Virus record (IMG/VR): IMGVR_UViG_3300033075_001021
Length of the DNA: 64,000 nucleotides
Origin: a virus
Taxonomy: Duplodnaviria; Caudoviricetes
Reading direction: 5' to 3' (one strand)
Shown piece after piece: positions 58,114-64,000 of the stretch (its first letter is position 1; each line of letters begins with the position of its first letter). Both the position numbers and the translations under genes were made by a program. The notes under the pieces are model-generated. The model worked only from the letters and a program-made list of their open reading frames with translations. It searched no databases and was not told where the DNA came from.

Positions 58114-58183
58114 ATTGGTGTCCATGAACGTTTTAAACCGTGTGTGCCCCATGGACAGAGTGCTCACAACCTTCTATCTTTAT

Positions 58184-58474
58184 TTAATCTTTAATGATTA
58201 AATGTATATCAACCCCATTGACTGAATTATTAAAATGTAAAAATGATTTCTCAATATCAATCAGTGTGAAATCATAATCGACAATTTCAACATAATAATT
58301 TTTATCAATTTGTTTACAACCGTTATTTTTTAATTGTACCGAATTAAATATTTCGTCACCTTTTTGTGTATTAAAAAATGCCCAGATTGTATCTAACTTA
58401 TTTAATTGTGAACACATGTTATCAATGTATTCTTTAGTTTGGTTTTCAAACCCTAAAATTTTTATCAAATTCAT
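58184..58474 (-). CDS. hypothetical protein
   Basis: ORF after endonuclease. Confidence 0.55.
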   Translation of the reverse strand: MNLIKILGFENQTKEYIDNMCSQLNKLDTIWAFFNTQKGDEIFNSVQLKNNGCKQIDKNYYVEIVDYDFTLIDIEKSFLHFNNSVNGVDIHLIIKD

Positions 58475-58475
58475 A

Positions 58476-59123
58476 TTATTTACGACCTTTTAGCCAGCCG
58501 TCCAATATATAAGTATGTAACTCGTCAAGTTTTACTTTTTTGTTAATCCCATCCTTAGTTATCCAGCAGGTACCATATTGAGAGTTCGTTTTTCCAATAC
58601 CGTAACCTACTTTCTTTTGGCTCATCAATTTTTTTGTTTCCTCTGAATGTGACATTCCTAAAAATCCAGAGCTACCAATATGATTGTGGTTTCCACTTTG
58701 ATATGTTTTACGAACACTTTCACTTAGCTTTCTTTTCCATTCTTCATAAAATTTTTTATCTGTTTTTAACTTAGTTGTAAACGCTTTATTTCCTTCTCTA
58801 CAACAATTAATTTTTTGTTCTTCAGTTAAGAAACCTCCAGTACCACCTAAACCTAAATTCATACATTTGTCATCTTGTATCAACTCTAAATTTACAATAG
58901 CTTTTTCACGCTCAATTAATAATTCTCTACTTTCACAGAACTCCAAGATTTCTTTTATATGGTTCTCTTTACCATATTTCCTGATGCTATATCTAAGACG
59001 TTTCCCACTTCCCATGTAACCATCGTCAAGATTACTGGTACTATGCATTCCGATATAATATCTACCAGTGACCACACAAGTGGTTTTATAGATATAGTGT
59101 ATGTTTGCTTTTTGCCTTCCCAT
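58476..59123 (-). CDS. GIY-YIG (Seg-like) homing endonuclease (start MGRQK)
   Basis: YIYKTT..YYIGMHST..DGYMGSG, HSEETKKLMS. Confidence 0.85.
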   Translation of the reverse strand: MGRQKANIHYIYKTTCVVTGRYYIGMHSTSNLDDGYMGSGKRLRYSIRKYGKENHIKEILEFCESRELLIEREKAIVNLELIQDDKCMNLGLGGTGGFLTEEQKINCCREGNKAFTTKLKTDKKFYEEWKRKLSESVRKTYQSGNHNHIGSSGFLGMSHSEETKKLMSQKKVGYGIGKTNSQYGTCWITKDGINKKVKLDELHTYILDGWLKGRK

Positions 59124-59157
59124 ATAAATAAATATACGGGAAGTACAAAAAAGTCGA

Positions 59158-59245
59158 TGGAGGATTGGGTGGGATTCGAACCCACGATGGTCTTGCGACA
59201 CTGGGTTAACAGCCCAGACTTTTCGGCCTCTAAAGCAACCAATCC
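59158..59245 (-). tRNA. tRNA-Asn(GTT) with long variable arm
   Basis: Variable arm TGTCGCAAGAC, CCA. Confidence 0.8.
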
Positions 59246-59250
59246 ATTAT

Positions 59251-59342
59251 GTCGTGCAGATGGGATTCGAACCCACATTTGATGTTATCTCAAGATGCCA
59301 GTTACAAGTGTGATGTATATAAGACACCGCTGCTACTGCACG
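59251..59342 (-). tRNA. D-armless tRNA-Ile(TAT)-like RNA
   Basis: Same architecture as 56743-56834. Confidence 0.6.
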
Positions 59343-59554
59343 AATTTGTAGCGACGACGGGAGTTGCGCCCGCTTATCCTCTTAATACCGCTCTAACTCT
59401 ACATGGTGATAATTTTCTTCTGTCCCAACATCCCGTTGAACGCAGTTACTCTCTTATCGTTTGCTTTGTTAGAAGCATTAGTCTGGACCCCTATTAAGGG
59501 TTACTCGGTTCGTCCGAGCGAGGTCTGACCTCCCCATCCCCAATTAAAGAACTT

Positions 59555-59627
59555 GTTGACCCTACAGGATTTGAACCTGTGACCTTATGATTATGAGTCA
59601 TTTGCTCTACCGCTGAGCTAAGGGTCA
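59555..59627 (-). tRNA. tRNA-Met/Ile2(CAT)
   Basis: Cloverleaf. Confidence 0.85.
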
Positions 59628-59806
59628 GAAAATAAAAGTATTTTTTAATAGTAGATATTCATCGATTGATAATTCTTTTGCTAAAATCATGTCAATCTTC
59701 TCAACATCTATATTCGGCGTATTAAGGATTTTGAATAAAACTTCTAATGTTTTATCCTTAGATACACCAGCATCTTTAAATGCCTCTATTAGTTTCTCTA
59801 TCATTG

Positions 59807-59888
59807 TTGTGCCCGTGGGAGTCGAACCCACCTTGTTCCGAAGAACCCACCGTATCAGGATGGTGCCTAAACCGCTCGACCAGAGCAC
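59807..59888 (-). tRNA. tRNA-Ile(GAT) with long variable arm
   Basis: Variable arm GTTC-TTCG-GAAC. Confidence 0.8.
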
Positions 59889-59894
59889 AATATT

Positions 59895-59967
59895 GTGGGC
59901 ATACCAGAAATCGAATCTGGGTTTCTTGAGTATCAGTCAAGCGTTATAACCACTCTACTATACGCCC
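59895..59967 (-). tRNA. tRNA-Ile(GAT)
   Basis: Cloverleaf. Confidence 0.85.
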
Positions 59968-60041
59968 AATTTTGCAGTTTTTAAGTCATATCAAGGGACG
60001 GAGGTGCAAGCTCCAAAACTTGGGGAGGGGTTTAACCCTAA

Positions 60042-60133
60042 GGGCGCATGATGGGATTCGAACCCACGGTGTTTGATATAATCTCATTCTGGTTCACAGC
60101 CAGATTCCATCGACCACTAGGACAACACACGCC
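60042..60133 (-). tRNA. tRNA-His(GTG) with long variable region
   Basis: Loop CTGTGAA. Confidence 0.75.
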
Positions 60134-60219
60134 ATGTTGCTGTTACGGTTGGATTTACACCAACTTCTCCGCTTGTACTTTACGGTGCATTATTCACATA
60201 TGCTACACTAACAATGTTT

Positions 60220-60295
60220 GGGTAATTGAAGGGGCTCGAACCCTCGACCTCCTGAATCACAATCAGGCGCTCTAACCAACTGAGCTACAACTACC
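60220..60295 (-). tRNA. tRNA-His(GTG)
   Basis: Cloverleaf with G-1. Confidence 0.9.
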
Positions 60296-60391
60296 ATTTT
60301 GATAAATCCAAGGTTATCAACCTTGCATACGGATGAGGTATGTCCTTATGGAATCGAACCAACACAGCCAGTGCATCGGAAGATTTATCTT

Positions 60392-60482
60392 GCGGAGAGA
60401 ATGAGACTCGAACTCATGCGGCAACTTTCGTCACCGACTCGCTTTCCAAGCGAGACCGATACCAACTTCGGATGACCTCTCC
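60392..60482 (-). tRNA. tRNA-Ser(GGA)
   Basis: Type II cloverleaf. Confidence 0.9.
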
Positions 60483-60488
60483 AATTTA

Positions 60489-60576
60489 CATACCCGTGTG
60501 GGATTCGAACCCACGGACCCCGATTAGGGGCCTCCGATTTCAGGTCGGTGCATTCAGCCTCTCTGCCAACAAGTAT
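60489..60576 (-). tRNA. tRNA-Ser(TGA), atypical (C33, possible 8-bp acceptor)
   Basis: Loop CCTGAAA; ATACTTGT/ACGGGTAT. Confidence 0.65.
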
Positions 60577-60580
60577 ATAA

Positions 60581-60672
60581 GCGGAAGCGGACGGATTCGA
60601 ACCCTCAGACGATATTGCTACCGCCCCACTGTTTTCAAGACAGGGCCCCGCACCAATGGGGTCAGCGCTTCC
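60581..60672 (-). tRNA. tRNA-Ser(TGA)
   Basis: Type II cloverleaf. Confidence 0.9.
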
Positions 60673-60676
60673 AATT

Positions 60677-60847
60677 GCTAATGGGGGAGGACTCGAACGC
60701 TCCACGGTGCGATTCAATAAACAGCAATTTGTGCTAGCTAGCTTGTGGTCAACCCGTTACTGCTTATCTATCTCGTTATCACCACCCCTGAGACAAAGGG
60801 GTATGTCTGCCATTGAGTCTTTTGACTCAGATTTCATCACCCATTAA
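60677..60847 (-). ncRNA. oversized tRNA-like RNA (~170 nt)
   Basis: Acceptor TAATGGG/CCCATTA, D-loop hairpin, CCCCT-TTGTCTC-AGGGG arm, ~75-nt variable region, T arm. Confidence 0.6.
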
Positions 60848-61006
60848 TTTGGTTTTCAATTCAATCAAAGAACTATAAACTGATTCAAGCCAATCAACGA
60901 TTTCTTTTGCTGAATAGTTGTTGTTTTTATACGCATCTAATTCTTCTTTGGTAATGCGTATTTGTTCATCTAATGTTAATTTTGTTTCGAAATTACTATT
61001 ATTTTA

Positions 61007-61092
61007 GCACGGATGGTTGAAGTCGAATCAACAAGCTACTATTACTTCGCACAGTTTTGGAGACTGCTTACCTCGCCAATGGATGCACCCGT
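61007..61092 (-). tRNA. tRNA-Trp(CCA) with long variable region
   Basis: Loop CTCCAAA. Confidence 0.75.
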
Positions 61093-61097
61093 ATTTT

Positions 61098-61170
61098 GCA
61101 CGAACATTCAGATTCGAACTGAAAACTGTAGTTTTGGAGACTATTATGATGCCGTTTCACCATGCTCGTG
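61098..61170 (-). tRNA. tRNA-Trp(CCA)
   Basis: Cloverleaf. Confidence 0.85.
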
Positions 61171-61334
61171 TATATATAAGAACTTTTCCTTTCTCTTTTA
61201 CAAACTTCAGCTCTGTTGAAAGGCCCAGTGCTAAAGCTTTTTGTTGATATTCCTCAACAATCTTGTCAAAATCCCTTTCTAACTCTTTGGGTTTCACCGT
61301 TCCTAGTTTCCTATAAAGTTCATCTGACATAATG

Positions 61335-61367
61335 AAAAAAGCCTCTGGATTTTAGGTCAGAGGCTTT
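61335..61367 (-). terminator. attenuator terminator of the RINHMSW tRNA operon
   Basis: AAGCCTCTG-loop-CAGAGGCTT followed by T-tract. Confidence 0.85.
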
Positions 61368-61395
61368 ATATTGTGAATCGTGATTTGCTGAGTTT

Positions 61396-61494
61396 TTATC
61401 CCCAAGTATCGTCACTATTAAGCATGACCTGTCCGTTTGAATTACTACGTATAATCCAATTAATCGAATTCATATGTCTGTTAATAGTTCTCAT
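61396..61494 (-). CDS. leader peptide MRTINRHMNSINWIIRSNSNGQVMLNSDDTWG
   Basis: 19 of the first 20 codons are R/I/N/H/M/S/W, matching the downstream tRNAs. Confidence 0.9.
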   Translation of the reverse strand: MRTINRHMNSINWIIRSNSNGQVMLNSDDTWG

Positions 61495-61527
61495 TGTTTT
61501 TATGTTTGTGGGTTTTCCCGTTAAGTA

Positions 61528-61569
61528 ATAAATATATGCAAATATACGAAAGATTTTTTAAAAAGCAAA
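61528..61569 (-). promoter_or_regulatory. tandem TAnnTTTG promoter plus TATTTAT motif
   Basis: Part of a ~70-bp near-identical repeat (61489-61558 vs 34589-34658). Confidence 0.8.
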
Positions 61570-61599
61570 TTTTTTATGAACTTTTTTTAAAAAAAATTT

Positions 61600-61989
61600 T
61601 TAGGCATACATATCGTCGTCATCGTCATCATGATTATCATGACCATGATGATGCCCATGATGGTGTCCATGCCCATGTCCATGACCTTCATGCTCACGGT
61701 CTTTTTCCTTTTCTTTTTCTTGTTTTTTCTCTTGCTCTTTTTGGTGTTTATACTCTTTTTTTCCATCACGAAGCTTAGAAGCTACAATTCTTTGAAATCT
61801 ATCATAAATAACATAACCCCTATTTGGGTTATCATCTAAATTTTTAGCAAATGCCAAAGCATCTTCTAATGAATCGGCGATAATTTCATTAACTTTTGGT
61901 ATAATACTATCTAAATATTTTACACTAATTATGTGTTTGTCGCATAAATTTTGGCGATTGTCTTTTTTTTCTGGTCTTTGATTTTTCAT
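61600..61989 (-). CDS. hypothetical protein with His/Gly/Asp-rich tail
   Basis: HEGHGHGHGHHHGHHHGHDNHDDDDD. Confidence 0.65.
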   Translation of the reverse strand: MKNQRPEKKDNRQNLCDKHIISVKYLDSIIPKVNEIIADSLEDALAFAKNLDDNPNRGYVIYDRFQRIVASKLRDGKKEYKHQKEQEKKQEKEKEKDREHEGHGHGHGHHHGHHHGHDNHDDDDDDMYA

Positions 61990-62006
61990 TTTTTTTGGTT
62001 TATAAA

Positions 62007-62366
62007 TTAGTATTCATCGATATCATCCCATTCTTCTTCATCACTTTCTTCATCTAACTCAGCTTCGCCATCCAATATTGATTGAAGATATTCTTCCCCA
62101 ATAAAGGTACCGAATTCACCCCCAAATATTTTATTAAATGTATCGTATTCATCTTTGGTGATTTCTTTAAATTCTATTCTTGATAATAGGTCTTCGCCGT
62201 TTGAATAATATAAACATTCAGAATTAGCATAATACTCAAAACTCCATGTGATGCTGGTTGCAATATCTTCAAAATCATTAACTTCTTTCTCAGTCATTAT
62301 TTTAAATCCATGCACATCAAACTCTTCACCATGGTTATCTATAAAAATTGCTAAATACCTTGCCAT
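62007..62366 (-). CDS. acidic hypothetical protein
   Basis: ORF after TATTTAT motif. Confidence 0.65.
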   Translation of the reverse strand: MARYLAIFIDNHGEEFDVHGFKIMTEKEVNDFEDIATSITWSFEYYANSECLYYSNGEDLLSRIEFKEITKDEYDTFNKIFGGEFGTFIGEEYLQSILDGEAELDEESDEEEWDDIDEY

Positions 62367-62448
62367 ATTTTTTTATATAAATATCTAGGTAACGACAAAA
62401 AAAATAGCCCCATAAAAATGGGGCTATTAGCTTAAGGTCTTAATTAAA

Positions 62449-62709
62449 TTAAAGACTGTTGTAAGTCTTTAACAAAGAAAGGAATGTTTGGTAGGTGTCT
62501 TTGTCTACATTTTTATTCCTGTAGTTTTCTTTGATTCTAGCCTTTACATCAGAAAGGTAATTTCTACCAAATTGATTTTGTCTAGAGGCTTCTGAAAGAG
62601 ACAACTTTCCTTTGATTGCGGTCTTAAGGATTTTAATACCGTTTTCAACACTAGATTGGGTTCTAGTCTTCTTCGTTTTAGCTGACCTTGCGGTTTTTGT
62701 GTTTGGCAT
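62449..62709 (-). CDS. basic HTH-like hypothetical protein
   Basis: ORF with own promoter and terminator (62405-62428). Confidence 0.6.
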   Translation of the reverse strand: MPNTKTARSAKTKKTRTQSSVENGIKILKTAIKGKLSLSEASRQNQFGRNYLSDVKARIKENYRNKNVDKDTYQTFLSLLKTYNSL

Positions 62710-62783
62710 AGTACTGGATTTTTAATTCGTGTTATTTATTAGATTACAAATATACGAAAAAAAATCAGTTCGTGCAAGTTTTT

Positions 62784-63941
62784 TTACAACAATTTTTGAA
62801 AATTATTATATTCAGCCCTAGCGATTGCGTCTCCAAGCTCTTTACCCTGCTTTAAACCATGTGTTTTCATTAGTTCTTCACCAGAAACTGTCAATTTGAA
62901 TACTATAAAAGCTTTAAGTAGCTTAGAATCAATATTTTCATGACCGCCAAATTTACTAATCTGACCATCTGTTACACCTGAAACTTTTTGCATTCTTTTA
63001 AGCTGAACAGCTGTTTCAGGTGTAAGATTTAACAAATTAAGTAAAAATGTAATACCTCTAATTTCGTCAACGGTATATTTCAAGTTGTTTAGTTGTTTAG
63101 AAACAACGCTTGGATTATTCCCAACCAAAAGAGTGCTGATAACCAGAATAGGGTCTCTTTCTTCAAGAAAATCGTTGTTTACTCTCAATCCTTTGAATAT
63201 CCAATCAAACAGACCATATTTGTCAATAAGGCTCAAAAAGTGTTTAACAGACTTAGCTGATTGGATACCTTTGATAAACTCATCGCGAATCCTTTCACCT
63301 GAAATACCATCAAGACTAGCATCGTTTCTTAATGCAGAGTCAACCTGAGGGTCCAAACCTGACCCAAACCTACCAGCAAATCTTATAGCTCTAAGAATTC
63401 TAAGTCTATCTTCGTTAAACCTTTCTTCAGGGGTACCCACGGTTCTTACTACACCGTTTTTAAGGTCTTCTATGCCACCCACAAGGTCAACAACCTCATG
63501 GGTATCTATGTCATAAAAAAGGGCGTTAATAGTCAAATCTCGACGTTTAACATCATTCTCTATGTTGGTGAACTTTACGGAATCTGGTCTTCGAGAATCA
63601 GAAGACCCAATATCTTCACGAAAAGTAGCGATTTCGTATTCCCCTTGGTTGGTAAAAACATTGATTACACCAAACGCTTTACCTGTTGGGAGTGTCCTGA
63701 ACCCAGCTTGGGCCATGATTTGTTCAACCCTATCTGGAAGGGCGTCAGTGGCCAAATCAAAGTCTTTTGGCTGTTTACCCAACAAAGCATCACGCACAGC
63801 ACCACCAACAACATAAAGCTTATGGCCGTTATTTTTAAAAACGTCCTTTATAGCCAATATATCGCTAGGTATGTTGATATCGTATTTAACCCTATTTTCC
63901 ATTAGTTTGAAACGCAATGATTCGCGTATAAAATTTTTCAT
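62784..63941 (-). CDS. cca: CCA-adding tRNA nucleotidyltransferase (class II)
   Basis: VGGAVRD..KDFDLAT, EIATFR, RRDLTINA, EDRLRILRAIRF, SGERIRDE. Confidence 0.9.
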   Translation of the reverse strand: MKNFIRESLRFKLMENRVKYDINIPSDILAIKDVFKNNGHKLYVVGGAVRDALLGKQPKDFDLATDALPDRVEQIMAQAGFRTLPTGKAFGVINVFTNQGEYEIATFREDIGSSDSRRPDSVKFTNIENDVKRRDLTINALFYDIDTHEVVDLVGGIEDLKNGVVRTVGTPEERFNEDRLRILRAIRFAGRFGSGLDPQVDSALRNDASLDGISGERIRDEFIKGIQSAKSVKHFLSLIDKYGLFDWIFKGLRVNNDFLEERDPILVISTLLVGNNPSVVSKQLNNLKYTVDEIRGITFLLNLLNLTPETAVQLKRMQKVSGVTDGQISKFGGHENIDSKLLKAFIVFKLTVSGEELMKTHGLKQGKELGDAIARAEYNNFQKLL

Positions 63942-64000
63942 TCTATACAAAGATACACCATTTTTATCAGACGACAAAATCTTTTTAGGCATATTTTCGT

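Noticed and set aside
60880-60925. TTCAGCAA as another CAGCAA motif copy
   Set aside because: It lies inside a plausible small ORF and lacks the closing stem seen in the other copies.
24822-61247. Many track ORFs overlapping tRNA clusters (e.g. 24822, 33352, 33977, 38234, 57937, 58955, 60385)
   Set aside because: They are read-throughs of tRNA sequence with no protein motifs. Several real ORFs are also over-extended into tRNAs.
61610-61700. CAT/GAT-rich low-complexity repeat
   Set aside because: It is explained by the His/Asp-rich tail of ORF 61600-61989.
840-63905. Plus-strand ORFs antisense to long minus-strand genes
   Set aside because: They are shadow frames. Only 6057-7295 and 41909-42235 look like real plus-strand genes.
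1-64000. CRISPR array, tmRNA, rRNA or suppressor tRNA/stop-codon recoding
   Set aside because: I saw no repeat-spacer array, no tmRNA ends with a tag ORF and no CUA/UUA/UCA anticodon. Genes are intact in the standard code.

Overview
This is a 64-kb segment of a large, AT-rich lytic phage genome. The host is very likely Bacteroidota, because TTTG-N~19-TAnnTTTG promoters precede many genes. Nearly everything is on the minus strand. The window holds about 60 tRNA and tRNA-like genes, a minimal RNase P RNA interrupted by an HNH gene, candidate large ncRNAs, a tRNA maturation/repair kit (CCA-adding enzyme, three RNA ligases, PNK-phosphodiesterase, Pth2-like protein), IF3, DNA ligase, endolysin, about 11 free-standing homing endonucleases and an attC-like cassette array at the left edge. 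Main finding: the tRNAs are sorted into four operons that partition the 20 amino acids (KYTQPG / FEDA / LVC / RINHMSW). Each operon is headed by an unannotated 26-34 aa leader peptide whose control codons are almost entirely the amino acids of that operon's own tRNAs, followed by an antiterminator/terminator pair. This looks like ribosome-mediated attenuation that would turn on phage tRNAs when the matching charged tRNAs run short. Second theme: intron-less homing endonucleases insert into genes and tRNAs while carrying a diverged replacement of the part they break. All calls were made by eye and coordinates may be off by a few nt.
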